A stretch of DNA of 44,178 nt from a virus. A program made the translations under genes and the position numbers. The first letter of the stretch is position 1, and every line of letters begins with the position of its first letter. Below the pieces are notes generated by a model. The model searched no databases, had not been told where the DNA came from, and saw only the letters and a program-made list of their open reading frames with translations. The DNA is taken from the IMG/VR virus record IMGVR_UViG_3300045988_042256. One strand, written 5' to 3'. Shown here in pieces: positions 26,473 to 36,572 of this stretch.

Positions 26473-27912
26473 ATGGCCTTTTATCATGGCGTCAAAACAA
26501 GTGAGCAAGCTACCTCTGTAATTGCTCCTGTCCAAACTACTGCCGGCCTTCCTGTTGTGTTCGGTACTGCACCTGTACACCTTACAGAAGACCCTAGTGC
26601 GGTAGTCAACAAGCCAATCATCTGCTACAGCTGGGAAGAAGCTGTTCAACAACTTGGCTACTCTGAAGATTGGGCGCATTTCACATTATGTGAAGCGATG
26701 TACGCACAATTCAAATTGTACGGTGTAGCTCCAATCGTATTTGTTAATGTATTGGATCCTGCTAAGCATAAGAAATCCACTACAACAACTGCTACATTGG
26801 CAGAAAAGAAATGTGTAGTAAAAGCGGCAGTATTGCTTAATACATTAAAAGTATCTAGTGCTGGCCAAACGGGTGTAGCTAACACAGATTACACGGCAGC
26901 CTTTGATGACAAAAATCAATTGGTTATCTCTGTTGTAAAAGGTGGAAAGTTTGACGCAGCTACTACCTTAAACCTTACTTATGATGAACTTGATGTAGAA
27001 AACTTTGATTATAGAAATGTAATCGGCGGGGTGGATAGTAACGAAAAGGCAACAGGCTTTGAATTGATTGATACAATCTATCATCATTTTGGCATTGTAC
27101 CTGGTCTTATTGCTGCCCCTGGATTCTCTCAAAATCCTACAGTAGCATCCGTTATGAAGGCAAAATCTCGTGTTATTAACAACTTATTTAGAGCGACAAC
27201 ATTAGTTGATATCGATACTGCGCAAGTTGTTAAATACACTGATGCTTATGAATGGAAGAAAGGTAATAGCTATACAGGCGAATCCGAAGTTGTATGTTGG
27301 CCAAAAGTTCGCAATGGCGACTATGTATTCCATATGTCTACGCATATTATGGGCATTATGGGTAAATGTGATGCGTCTAATAGCGATATTCCTACGCTAT
27401 CCCCTTCTAATAAATCTATGAACATCACAGGTTTATGTTTGGCTAATGGCAAGGAAGTTATGCTTACGCATTCTCAAGCGAACTTATTGAACTCTCAAGG
27501 TATTATGACGGCCGTTAACATCAACGGTTGGGTATCTTGGGGCAACTATACAGGTGCATATCCAGGCACAACTGATGTTAAGGATACATTCATTTGTGTA
27601 CGTCGTTTCAATGATTGGGATGACCAAACATTCATCTTAACGTATTGGCAAAAAGTGGATATGCCTATTTTGCCACGTAATATCAAAACAATTCTTGATA
27701 GTGAAACAATCCGTCTTAACGGTCTTACTTCTCGTGGCTTTATTTTGGGCGGTCGTATTGAATTTAAAGAAGCAGAAAACCCTACAACAGACTTGTTGAA
27801 TGGTATTATTCGCTTCCATAAATACCGTACGCCTCCGATTCCAGCGCAAGAAATTGAAAGTATTTCTGAATACGATGTTTCCTATTTCAAAACATTATTT
27901 CAAACAGTATAG
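26473..27912 (+). CDS. Contractile tail sheath protein
   Basis: 479 aa. N-terminus MAFYHGVKTSEQATSV...PVVFGTAP is typical of the P2 FI / Mu L-type sheath. Followed by the tube gene. Confidence 0.8.
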   Translation: MAFYHGVKTSEQATSVIAPVQTTAGLPVVFGTAPVHLTEDPSAVVNKPIICYSWEEAVQQLGYSEDWAHFTLCEAMYAQFKLYGVAPIVFVNVLDPAKHKKSTTTTATLAEKKCVVKAAVLLNTLKVSSAGQTGVANTDYTAAFDDKNQLVISVVKGGKFDAATTLNLTYDELDVENFDYRNVIGGVDSNEKATGFELIDTIYHHFGIVPGLIAAPGFSQNPTVASVMKAKSRVINNLFRATTLVDIDTAQVVKYTDAYEWKKGNSYTGESEVVCWPKVRNGDYVFHMSTHIMGIMGKCDASNSDIPTLSPSNKSMNITGLCLANGKEVMLTHSQANLLNSQGIMTAVNINGWVSWGNYTGAYPGTTDVKDTFICVRRFNDWDDQTFILTYWQKVDMPILPRNIKTILDSETIRLNGLTSRGFILGGRIEFKEAENPTTDLLNGIIRFHKYRTPPIPAQEIESISEYDVSYFKTLFQTV

Positions 27913-27928
27913 AAAGGGGTAATTAATC

Positions 27929-28462
27929 ATGGCATCTATCAACCAAGTGCCGGAAGTACTTAATGACTTCCGTGTATATGAAGAAGGTTCTGACAACTGT
28001 TTAGGTGTTGCCAAAGTAGAATTACCTAGTGAATCTGTAATGACTCAAACTGTAAAAGGTGTGGGCATAGCAGGTGAAGTAGAAGCGCCAGTTATTGGGC
28101 ACTACTCTTCTATGGAAACTAAACTTACTTGGAACACTCCAACAGAAACTACACACCGCCTTACAGGTGGACGCGGCGTGCGCTTAGAAGTACGCGGCGC
28201 TATCCAATGTTGGGATAGTGGTAAAGATAAATATGTAATTGTGCCTACACGTGCTGTTATTCGTGGCCGTGCTAAATCCAAAGAAAATGGCACATATGAA
28301 TCTGGCAATACTATCGATGCAACGAACACAATTGAAACAACATACTTGAAACTAGAACAAAATGGTAAGGTAGTTCGTGAAATCGATAAATACGCATATA
28401 AGGATTCTATTTCTGATGGCACTGACTTCCTTGGCGATGTTCGTGCTGCACTCGGTATTTAG
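27929..28462 (+). CDS. Tail tube protein (P2 FII-like)
   Basis: 177 aa. VLNDFRVYEEG...GVAKVELPS fits the FII pattern. Confidence 0.7.
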   Translation: MASINQVPEVLNDFRVYEEGSDNCLGVAKVELPSESVMTQTVKGVGIAGEVEAPVIGHYSSMETKLTWNTPTETTHRLTGGRGVRLEVRGAIQCWDSGKDKYVIVPTRAVIRGRAKSKENGTYESGNTIDATNTIETTYLKLEQNGKVVREIDKYAYKDSISDGTDFLGDVRAALGI

Positions 28463-28484
28463 TCTGTAGAAAGGACGATCACTA

Positions 28485-28772
28485 ATGAGTAAACAAAGTA
28501 CTATGAACGAAACAACTGGTATTGAATTAGTAAAAGCAGGTCATTCCTTACAATTTGAAGGAATCAGTGGTTATACATTAATTAAATGTGAGAAGTCTGC
28601 AAAGAATGAAGATAGAACTATCACAGTTCCAGCATTATCCATGACGTATCAAGCACATGTAGCAGCTGCTGCATGCGGTTGTAAAGTGGATGATATTTAT
28701 AGTCTTCCGGCTGCTGATTTTACTAGAGTGTGCTTAGAGGTACAGAATTTTTTGCTCAATTCCGAAAAATAA
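28485..28772 (+). CDS. Tail assembly chaperone, short form (P2 gpE analogue)
   Basis: Located between the tube and tape measure genes. Contains the slippery site near its 3' end. Confidence 0.75.
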   Translation: MSKQSTMNETTGIELVKAGHSLQFEGISGYTLIKCEKSAKNEDRTITVPALSMTYQAHVAAAACGCKVDDIYSLPAADFTRVCLEVQNFLLNSEK

Positions 28773-28942
28773 CTGACCTAGAAAGGTATTTTACAGGGTG
28801 TGCGATTACGTGTAGTAAATACACAAGCACGTCAATGGATTACTTTATTCGAGAGCTAGACGTGGATGAGTTCATAGTCCACGTTCAGCTCATTAGTGAT
28901 GGTATCGAGCGTGAGAATAAAGCGATGAAAGGGAGAAAATAA
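28485..28942 (+). CDS. Tail assembly chaperone, -1 frameshift fusion form (P2 gpE+E' analogue)
   Basis: The zero frame reads AAT TTT TTG. A -1 slip at T_TTT_TTG continues into the 28730-28942 frame (..NFF-AQFRKITDLE..), which ends where the tape measure gene starts. Confidence 0.7.
28748..28754 (+). other. Programmed -1 ribosomal frameshift heptamer TTTTTTG
   Basis: X_XXY_YYZ heptamer, in register with the zero frame. Confidence 0.7.
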
Positions 28943-31278
28943 TGGCCAATAAAGTCTTAGAAATGGCGATTGCCATTAAAGGTAAACTCGACGGCGGGTT
29001 ATCTTCCTCTGTATCAAAAGCATCTCAGGAACTCAACAAACTATCAAACGCAATCAAGGACCAACAGGCACAATACAGAAAACTGCAAGCTATCTCACAA
29101 AAGTCGGGGAATGTTAGTGACAGGAATGCGGCTATTGCCGCTGAGCAAAAGCTGAATTCTATGTTACAAAGACAGGCCCAGTTGAGGTCTAATATTGCAA
29201 GTCAGACTGCGCATCAAAATGCAATCAGCAAAATGGGAGGTGCGAGCCCTTTAGCAGGTGCAGCATCCGCCGCGCAAGGTGCAAGTGCCGCAGTAAGTGG
29301 CGTTACAGGAAAGCTTGCAAATTTCGCTATGGTTGCAGCAGGGGGCTTTGGAATTGGTGCAATTATAGACAACGTTGTAAACGCGGGCGAGGCGCTATAC
29401 CAATTGTCCAATAAACTACATATGACAACTGCTGAGACGTCGCAATTTAAGAAGATTATGACTTTAAGCGGTGTGGATGTAGAAGTAGCTGCTAAATCTT
29501 TTGCCAAAATGGATAAGACTTTGGCCGGTGGTGGTAAAAGTGCTGAAGCATTGCAGGGGTACCTCAGCCAATTTGGTGTATCTTTAACTGATGCAAATGG
29601 CAAGTTGTTGCCTATGAACCAACAATTGGACGCAATGGCTAAAGGTTACCAAAATGCGGTAGCACAAGGCCGAGGGCAAGAATTCATGCTTGAAACACTA
29701 GGCGCCAAAGGCTTGGAGCTTACTAAAGTATTTGAAAACTATGCAGATGCACAAGCGGCCGCATCACAAATAAAGGGTGTTGGTATAGATCCTAAATCAC
29801 TTCATGAAATATGGCTACAGATGAATATCCTGAAAGCGGAAGCTACGCAGGTTGCATTAGGTTTGGCTCAGGCGTTTATACCGATTGCCCAGCAAATATT
29901 ACCGGCACTGATACCGGTATTACAAACCGTTGTAACGTTCATGAAGGATAATAAGGAAGCTATTGCAGCCGTAGTAACAAACGGATTGAAATTAGCCTTA
30001 CTATATGGTACTGCTACAAAATTGGCATCTGGTATTACTACAATCACTACAGCTTTTAAAGGTGTAGAAACAGCTACGAGTGCCTTTAAAGCCGCTGGCG
30101 CATTAATAGGCGGACCTTGGGTAATCGCCATTATGGCGATTATTGCAGCGATATACCTATTAGTAACTAACTGGGACACGATTTGTGCTACCTTAACATC
30201 TGTTTGGGATAGCGTATGTTCCGGGCTAAGTTCTATATGGGATAGCGTGTGCTCTGCTTTAAGTTCCGCATGGAGCACCATTATATCTGGTATTATGACT
30301 GTGATAAATGGCCTATTATCAATTGGGCTAAGCGTGTTTAATGCATTGAAAGCGGCGGTAGTAGCCTACGTAAATTTATGGCTTAACTTACCAACGTATA
30401 TTGGGATGGCCGTAGGATTTATTATAGGCATTATTTTGCGATTACCTGCGATTATGGTGCAAGTTGGAACTGCTGTTATATCTGCCGTCGTATCATTTGC
30501 CACAGAGTGTTATACCTTTGCGGTTACCACTTTTGGGGCTATGGTTGATGGGATTTATAATTTCCTAATTAATTTACCTACGTACATGATCACATTGGGT
30601 GCTGAATTCGTAGCGGCAGTTATTTCGTTTGTTTCTGAAGCGTATGCTACGGCTACTTCTTGGATTAGTAATTTAGTTAATGATGTTATTAATTTCCTTG
30701 TGAACTTACCTAGTGCCTGTGCAGAAGCCGGAGCGGCGTTTGTGGCAGCCGCAGAGCAATGGGCAAGCGACGCCTATAATGCTGTGTTAAACTGGGTAAG
30801 TCAAATCCCGAGTGCGGTATCTAACGCAATTGCAGGGGCGTGGGCAAGTATTAAGGCCCAATTTAGTGGAGGTTTCACAGTAGGTGTTCAAGCGGCGAGT
30901 GGTAATGCATATGCTAATGGTGGTGTTATTACATCGCCAGAAGTTGCATTGATTGGCGAAGCCGGATATCCTGAAGTAATTGTCCCTATTGATGGTAGTG
31001 CTAATGCGATGAATTTATGGCAAACGGCTGGCCGAATGCTAGGTGTGAGTGGAGCGCAGACTGCTGCAGCACCTACTGTATCATTAGCTCCTAGCGTGCC
31101 TGTGACGTCCTCATCTAGTAATAGTGGGGCGCCTGTACAAATTACATTCGCTCCTGTCATTAATGCTGGTAATGGTTCAACTGATGATATTATGTCAGCA
31201 TTAGACGCTAAAATGCGTGAATTTGAACAAATGATGCGCAGTTATACCACCGGACAACGGAGGTTGAGTTATGACTAG
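28942..31278 (+). CDS. Tail tape measure protein
   Basis: 778 aa. Ala/Gly-rich with hydrophobic central repeats. Positioned after the chaperone pair. Confidence 0.85.
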   Translation: MANKVLEMAIAIKGKLDGGLSSSVSKASQELNKLSNAIKDQQAQYRKLQAISQKSGNVSDRNAAIAAEQKLNSMLQRQAQLRSNIASQTAHQNAISKMGGASPLAGAASAAQGASAAVSGVTGKLANFAMVAAGGFGIGAIIDNVVNAGEALYQLSNKLHMTTAETSQFKKIMTLSGVDVEVAAKSFAKMDKTLAGGGKSAEALQGYLSQFGVSLTDANGKLLPMNQQLDAMAKGYQNAVAQGRGQEFMLETLGAKGLELTKVFENYADAQAAASQIKGVGIDPKSLHEIWLQMNILKAEATQVALGLAQAFIPIAQQILPALIPVLQTVVTFMKDNKEAIAAVVTNGLKLALLYGTATKLASGITTITTAFKGVETATSAFKAAGALIGGPWVIAIMAIIAAIYLLVTNWDTICATLTSVWDSVCSGLSSIWDSVCSALSSAWSTIISGIMTVINGLLSIGLSVFNALKAAVVAYVNLWLNLPTYIGMAVGFIIGIILRLPAIMVQVGTAVISAVVSFATECYTFAVTTFGAMVDGIYNFLINLPTYMITLGAEFVAAVISFVSEAYATATSWISNLVNDVINFLVNLPSACAEAGAAFVAAAEQWASDAYNAVLNWVSQIPSAVSNAIAGAWASIKAQFSGGFTVGVQAASGNAYANGGVITSPEVALIGEAGYPEVIVPIDGSANAMNLWQTAGRMLGVSGAQTAAAPTVSLAPSVPVTSSSSNSGAPVQITFAPVINAGNGSTDDIMSALDAKMREFEQMMRSYTTGQRRLSYD

Positions 31279-31474
31279 CTATACAACAATACAAGGGGAT
31301 ATGTGGGACTTAATCGCCTATAAGGTATATGGTAACGAACGATACATCAATTTATTGTTAGAAGCCAATCAAAAGCACCGTAATACGGCGATATTTTCCG
31401 CAGGTGTTGTGTTAACATGCCCAGATGTTCCTGCTGATTCCTTACCTGAATTCTTACCACCATGGAGGCGATAG
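31271..31474 (+). CDS. gpX-like (LysM-like) tail protein
   Basis: 67 aa. TIQGDMWDLIAYKVYGNERYINLLLEANQ fits P2 gpX. Confidence 0.65.
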   Translation: MTSYTTIQGDMWDLIAYKVYGNERYINLLLEANQKHRNTAIFSAGVVLTCPDVPADSLPEFLPPWRR

Positions 31475-31477
31475 TAC

Positions 31478-32638
31478 ATGAGCTTACAAAAGAGCCTAGC
31501 TAAGGTCCAAAAATGGAAGAAAGATTTAACACCACAAACGAAACTAGCACGGCGGGCATGGTGTACAATCGGCTACCAACATTGGGGGAGTAAGGAGTCA
31601 AAAGACATCACCGACGATATTAGTAAATACCTTCTTGATGTAACTTTCACAGATAACCTTTCAGGAACTGTAGATGACGTGGCTATCTCATTAGAGGATA
31701 GGGGGCGTCTATGGGTCGGTGATTGGTATCCTGTAAAAGGATCATTACTAGAAGTCGCTATTAATACAGTAGCCTGGGAGAAATTAGGGGATGAACAATT
31801 TACATTACCAATCGGCAAATTTGAAATTGATGAATTCGAGGGCAGTAGCCTTCCGGATATAGTCAAAATCAAAGGGGTTGCTATTATCGGTAGTACTGAC
31901 TTGCGGGAGAAAAAGAAAGACAAATCGTGGAAAGATACAACACTTAAAGCGATTGCTACCGAAAAGGCAAGCGATAATAAATTAAAATTGGTTTGGGACG
32001 CGGATTTTGACCCACCGTTAAAAGATGCCTCTCAAAGTGCTGAATCAGACCTCGCATTTTTGCAGAAACTATGTAATGATGCGGGGTTTTCTCTTAAGGT
32101 ATCCACTGAACAGTTGATTATATTCGATGATTACAAATATGAAAATGTAAAGCCTAAAGTCATTATTCGTAGACCAGGTGGCCAATATCAACCTGTACAA
32201 ACTAAAGAAGGTGAACAACCGCCTTTGATTATTACTAGAGCTTTATCTTATTCGTACAAAAGTAAAACTCGTGAAGTATATCGAGCATGCCATGTGAAAT
32301 ATACAGATAAGGATAAGAAAACTGTGATTGAGGATACATTCGAAGATCCAGACCGTAAGGGGCATACATACCTTGCCGTATTGGAAGTTAATGAGCAGGT
32401 AAAAGACAAGGCCGAGGCTACTAGACTTGCTAAGAAGAAGCTTAGAGAAGCTAATAAAGAAGCTGACACTATGTCATTCAGTTTCCCAGGCAATCCTCTT
32501 ATTATGGCATCGGTTACTGTTAAGCTCGAAGGTTTTGGGGTGTTCGATGGTAATTATTTAATTACTAAAGCGACACATACATTAGGGTCTAATTATTCTA
32601 CGTCGATTGATGTAAGGAGGTGTTTAAATGGCTACTGA
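31478..32638 (+). CDS. Baseplate hub / late control D-like tail protein
   Basis: 386 aa. Called from position and size, analogous to P2 gpD / Mu gp44. Confidence 0.55.
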   Translation: MSLQKSLAKVQKWKKDLTPQTKLARRAWCTIGYQHWGSKESKDITDDISKYLLDVTFTDNLSGTVDDVAISLEDRGRLWVGDWYPVKGSLLEVAINTVAWEKLGDEQFTLPIGKFEIDEFEGSSLPDIVKIKGVAIIGSTDLREKKKDKSWKDTTLKAIATEKASDNKLKLVWDADFDPPLKDASQSAESDLAFLQKLCNDAGFSLKVSTEQLIIFDDYKYENVKPKVIIRRPGGQYQPVQTKEGEQPPLIITRALSYSYKSKTREVYRACHVKYTDKDKKTVIEDTFEDPDRKGHTYLAVLEVNEQVKDKAEATRLAKKKLREANKEADTMSFSFPGNPLIMASVTVKLEGFGVFDGNYLITKATHTLGSNYSTSIDVRRCLNGY

Positions 32639-33092
32639 TATATTATCTGCATTAGCAGATATGATATTCATTGGAAATGTTTCAAGTACAATTCCTGAAG
32701 AAGGAAAAGCTGTTGTTACACGCCTTGATAGAGAAGGTGTTGTAACGGCGCCGTTATCTGTCATTAATCGAGGTGCAGCACACGATAAGGACTATTGGAT
32801 GCCAGCTATTGACGACCAGGTATTATGCATTATGCTACCAAACCGGTCTGGTCGTGGCTTTTCTGATGGATTCATTATTGGAACATTCTTTAGTAGTGCG
32901 GATCCAACTCCAGGTGGAGCAGATAATGGTAAACGTGTGCTCACTGTTCCGGGAGATATGACGCTCAATGTTGGTGGCACTTTATCAATCAATGCAAGTA
33001 GTGGTGATGTAGTGGTTAATGGTATTTCCTTAGTTCATCATGTGCATGGCGGTGTAGTGTCTGGCGGCTCTACAACAGCCGGACCAAAATAG
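32628..33092 (+). CDS. Baseplate spike (gpV / Mu gp45-like)
   Basis: 154 aa. C-terminal LVHHVHGGVVSGGSTTAGP resembles the metal-binding spike tip. Confidence 0.6.
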   Translation: MATDILSALADMIFIGNVSSTIPEEGKAVVTRLDREGVVTAPLSVINRGAAHDKDYWMPAIDDQVLCIMLPNRSGRGFSDGFIIGTFFSSADPTPGGADNGKRVLTVPGDMTLNVGGTLSINASSGDVVVNGISLVHHVHGGVVSGGSTTAGPK

Positions 33093-33101
33093 GAGGTATA
33101 G

Positions 33102-33578
33102 ATGTATATCGGATATTTAGCGGATATAGTATTCTATACCGCATTAGACAATGTTCTCACTGTATCTGACGTAACGCGTTCAGGTAGTGCTAGATGGGAG
33201 AAGCACAATCTGATGTTAGAAAAGCCGGTTAAACAATTTAGTGGGCCGGATGTAGAACAAATCACTTGTAAAATTCTTATTTCTGCATCGCTTGGACAAT
33301 CTCCGGAGAGTACTGTTAAGAAGTTGCGCAATTATCGCGATACAGGAGCTGTATTGCCGTTTATTATTGGTGGTAAGCCTGTTAGCCAAAACTACTTTGT
33401 TATCATGTCTATGAGCGAAGATAATCTATTCACAGATGCCTACGGTAAGACACAATCCATTGAGGTATCTCTAACTCTTGAAGAATACCCGGACAAGAAC
33501 AACGTAGAGGAAAAATCTCTTCTTAATAAATATGGTAATACATTTAATCAGGTTAATACGATATTACGGAGGTTCTAG
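33102..33578 (+). CDS. P2 gpU-like tail protein
   Basis: W-x-KH...PVKQFSGPDVEQIT...LRNYRDTG...FVIMSMSE...IEVSLTLEEY follows the gpU pattern. This call is from motif recall. Confidence 0.5.
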   Translation: MYIGYLADIVFYTALDNVLTVSDVTRSGSARWEKHNLMLEKPVKQFSGPDVEQITCKILISASLGQSPESTVKKLRNYRDTGAVLPFIIGGKPVSQNYFVIMSMSEDNLFTDAYGKTQSIEVSLTLEEYPDKNNVEEKSLLNKYGNTFNQVNTILRRF

Positions 33579-33580
33579 TT

Positions 33581-33892
33581 ATGCCAGCAACGTATGAAAT
33601 TAAACCAGTTGCGGACAATAGGATATCGCTAGCACCTGAAAGTGAAGTTGCTGAGATTTTGCAGAATGTGCAAACGATTATTTCTACTGTTCGTGGTAGT
33701 GTGCCACTAGATAGGGAGTTTGGTATTGATGGCCGTATTATTGATATGCCTATCCATCAAGCTCAAGCGCATCTATCTAATGACATATTTCAACAAATCA
33801 AACGGTACGAGCCTCGTGCCAAAATTAGTGATATATCATTTTCTGCCACACAAAATGGTGCGTTGATTCCGAAAGTGATGGTGACTGTATGA
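33581..33892 (+). CDS. Baseplate wedge protein (gpW / gp25-like)
   Basis: 103 aa. GSVPLDREFGIDGRIIDMP fits the gp25-like family. Confidence 0.7.
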   Translation: MPATYEIKPVADNRISLAPESEVAEILQNVQTIISTVRGSVPLDREFGIDGRIIDMPIHQAQAHLSNDIFQQIKRYEPRAKISDISFSATQNGALIPKVMVTV

Positions 33893-35010
33893 GATTATCT
33901 GATTTACCTAATGTTGAATTCTTTAACACAGATAAAGAACACGTTCAACAAAAGGTATTTGATATTTACACAACAATAACAGGGCGAACCTTGGGAGAGG
34001 GCGACCCTGTTACTTTATTTTTAAACGTAATTTCGGAAATTATAATCCGATTATTAAACGATGCCAATTATGCAGCAAAGCAAAATTTATTAGCCTACGC
34101 AGAGGGAGATAACTTGGATCACGTAGGAGCTGTTCCTGCCGCCGTTGAGCGGTTACAGGCAACAAAAGCTACCACAACGCTTCAGGCCACCTTGTCTGCA
34201 GTACGTACAAGCCCAGTTATTATCCAAAAGGGGACTAGGGTATCTACTGGAGGTGGCGAATATTTTGCTACTGTTGAGGACTTAGTAATTTTACCTGGAC
34301 AACTCAACGGTTCCGTAAAAGCTGAGGCACAAATTGCCGGGGCGCGGGGCAATGGGTTTAAGCCAGGCGAGATAAGTACAATCATTGACCCTATAGCTTA
34401 CGTGGATACGATGCGCAATATAACTTTATCTGAAGGCGGGTCGGATACAGAGGATGACGAATCGTATCGCGAACGTATTCATGAGGCTCCAGAATCGTTC
34501 TCTGTAGCAGGACCTGAAGGGGCGTATGAGTATTTCACAAAATCTGCGTCGCACCTTGTGGCAGATGTAGGAGTATCTTCCCCACGTCCAGGGGAGGTTA
34601 ATATTTATCCTTTATTAGCAGGAGGAGGACTTCCGGGGCAAGAATTGCTCAAGACTATTACGGATTATTTATCTGATAAGAAACGTAGACCTCTGACCGA
34701 TAAGCTGACTGTATTAGCGCCTGCTACTACGCAATATAACATCGACGCTAAGTATTACATTGAAAAAGGCGCTGATGCAACGGTGGTAAAAGCTAAGGCA
34801 GATAAAGCCGTCAATGATTATGTAATATGGCAAAAGTCAAAATTAGGCCGTGATATAGTGCCTAGCCGATTGGTGCAAATGCTTATGGATGTATCTGGAA
34901 TTAAACGCGTTGAAGTGACTGCCCCTGTATTTACTCCGATTGCAGAACAAAGCGGTGTGGCAGTAGCCAATACAATCGCCGTAGTGCTTGCAGGAAGTGA
35001 GGAAGAATGA
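33889..35010 (+). CDS. Baseplate J-like protein
   Basis: 373 aa. GGSDTEDDESYRERI is typical of gpJ. Position is consistent. Confidence 0.75.
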   Translation: MRLSDLPNVEFFNTDKEHVQQKVFDIYTTITGRTLGEGDPVTLFLNVISEIIIRLLNDANYAAKQNLLAYAEGDNLDHVGAVPAAVERLQATKATTTLQATLSAVRTSPVIIQKGTRVSTGGGEYFATVEDLVILPGQLNGSVKAEAQIAGARGNGFKPGEISTIIDPIAYVDTMRNITLSEGGSDTEDDESYRERIHEAPESFSVAGPEGAYEYFTKSASHLVADVGVSSPRPGEVNIYPLLAGGGLPGQELLKTITDYLSDKKRRPLTDKLTVLAPATTQYNIDAKYYIEKGADATVVKAKADKAVNDYVIWQKSKLGRDIVPSRLVQMLMDVSGIKRVEVTAPVFTPIAEQSGVAVANTIAVVLAGSEEE

Positions 35011-35666
35011 TACGTGATAGTAAGTATACCAGTTCAGAACATCTTCCCTCCTCAATCGATAAGGAGCCAATTAAAGCCCTTGCTAAAACGTGGGATGATG
35101 CGTTAGCCGAATTCATGAATACGAATACATTGCTATTGTGGTCATCCGTTGATACTGAATCTGAGGGTGTAATTGATCATCTAGCATATCAATTACACGT
35201 GGATGACTATGACAGCGGGCTACCGATAGAGACTAAACGCGAAATGGTGAAGAATTCAATTGATATTCATCGCCATAAAGGCACGCCATATGCTGTTGAA
35301 AAAGCCGTACAGACTATATATTCAGATTCGAAAATAGCAGAATGGTTCGAGTATGGAGGTAAGCCTTATTATTTTAAGGTTACGCTCATTACAGCGCCAT
35401 TAACCGGTAAATCGGATATTGTTAAGCTTATACGCGCTATCAATGCCGCCAAGAATGTACGGTCCTGGTTAGATGGTATTGAATTCATTCGCCGAATTAA
35501 CTTCAATAAATATTTCGCCGGGTGGTGCGGTGTATCTAAGAAAGTGAATATCAAGTGTGACTTTACAAATGCATGGCGCATTAATTTGAATGCCCATGTA
35601 ACGTCTTACACAGTTGAATCAAAGAAAACGAAGATTAATGTAGCGCTAGATAATAGCGTTAGATAG
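35007..35666 (+). CDS. Tail protein I-like baseplate component
   Basis: 219 aa. LPSSIDKEPIKALAKTWDDAL...LLWS fits gpI. Located between gpJ and the fibre gene. Confidence 0.55.
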   Translation: MIRDSKYTSSEHLPSSIDKEPIKALAKTWDDALAEFMNTNTLLLWSSVDTESEGVIDHLAYQLHVDDYDSGLPIETKREMVKNSIDIHRHKGTPYAVEKAVQTIYSDSKIAEWFEYGGKPYYFKVTLITAPLTGKSDIVKLIRAINAAKNVRSWLDGIEFIRRINFNKYFAGWCGVSKKVNIKCDFTNAWRINLNAHVTSYTVESKKTKINVALDNSVR

Positions 35667-35675
35667 GAGGAATAT

Positions 35676-36572
35676 ATGGCAGAATGGTCAAATGCAACCA
35701 TGACTGATGTTGGTGCTGCTTTGCAGGCAAAGGTAAATGCGGGCAAGACTAAACTGACATTCACGAAAATCAAAGTCGGTAGTGGTGTTAATGCAACGAA
35801 TCCATTGGCATTAACTGATGTAATCTCCTCTAAATGGGAGACTACTAATTTTGTAGTTAAGCTAGAAGGTAAAATTGTAAGCGTTGATACAGTTATAACT
35901 AATACTGGCATACATGAAGCTTTTCGAATGTCTGAGATTGGGTTATTTGCACAAGATCCTGATAAGGGCGAAATATTGTATGCATACCTTACGGACCCTG
36001 AACCGGACAGAATGCCGGCAGAAAGTGGCTCAGTAGTTGTATCTCAAGAATTAACCATTGGAATGGTATTTAGTAATACAGGAAATGTATCGCTAACTGT
36101 TAATATAGGTGCGTTGATAACACGTGAGCAGTTAACAGAAGCAGTTAAACAACATAACACAGATATTTCATCTCACCCTCCTATTACAGACCAAATTAAA
36201 GCAATCCTCGGCAGTGCTAACTGGAAAGACTCTCCAGCGAGTACGCTTGTTACAATTAAAAACTTACTAGGCCAAGGTGCTATCGTGGCATCTAAACTCG
36301 ATGCTAATGCGGGCTTTGTTAAATTTGCGAATGGTTTCACTATCCAGTGGGGAGTTGGTGGCCAAGATAACGTCGTAAAAACGGAAGTAACATTCCCTAT
36401 TAGATTTACAAGATTATTCATGGCAAATGCGATTGATGCGTATTGGAGTGGGTCAGATACACCAAGATATTTTGCAAACTCTGTAAGCGAAAGCAACAAT
36501 ACAAAAGCTGTATTCGTGGCAAGTGATAAATATGCTGCATCATATTACTGGTTCGCACTAGGGATTATTTAA
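35676..36572 (+). CDS. Tail fibre protein with the currently expressed receptor-binding tip
   Basis: SD AGGAGG. Follows the baseplate genes. The C-terminal tip starts at TIQWG (Q224, codon 36345-36347) and ends YYWFALGII. Confidence 0.75.
   Translation: MAEWSNATMTDVGAALQAKVNAGKTKLTFTKIKVGSGVNATNPLALTDVISSKWETTNFVVKLEGKIVSVDTVITNTGIHEAFRMSEIGLFAQDPDKGEILYAYLTDPEPDRMPAESGSVVVSQELTIGMVFSNTGNVSLTVNIGALITREQLTEAVKQHNTDISSHPPITDQIKAILGSANWKDSPASTLVTIKNLLGQGAIVASKLDANAGFVKFANGFTIQWGVGGQDNVVKTEVTFPIRFTRLFMANAIDAYWSGSDTPRYFANSVSESNNTKAVFVASDKYAASYYWFALGII
36344..36354 (+). repeat. Crossover-site candidate A (CCAGTGGGGAG, encodes QWG of the active fibre)
   Basis: In frame with fibre codons Q224-W-G. 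Confidence 0.55.

Noticed and set aside
29214-31160. Several 90-137-aa minus-strand ORFs inside the tape measure gene (29214-29603, 29868-30281, 30888-31160)
   Set aside because: They are antisense shadows of Ala/Gly-rich GCN/GGN codons. The plus-strand ORF is continuous for 778 codons and correctly positioned.
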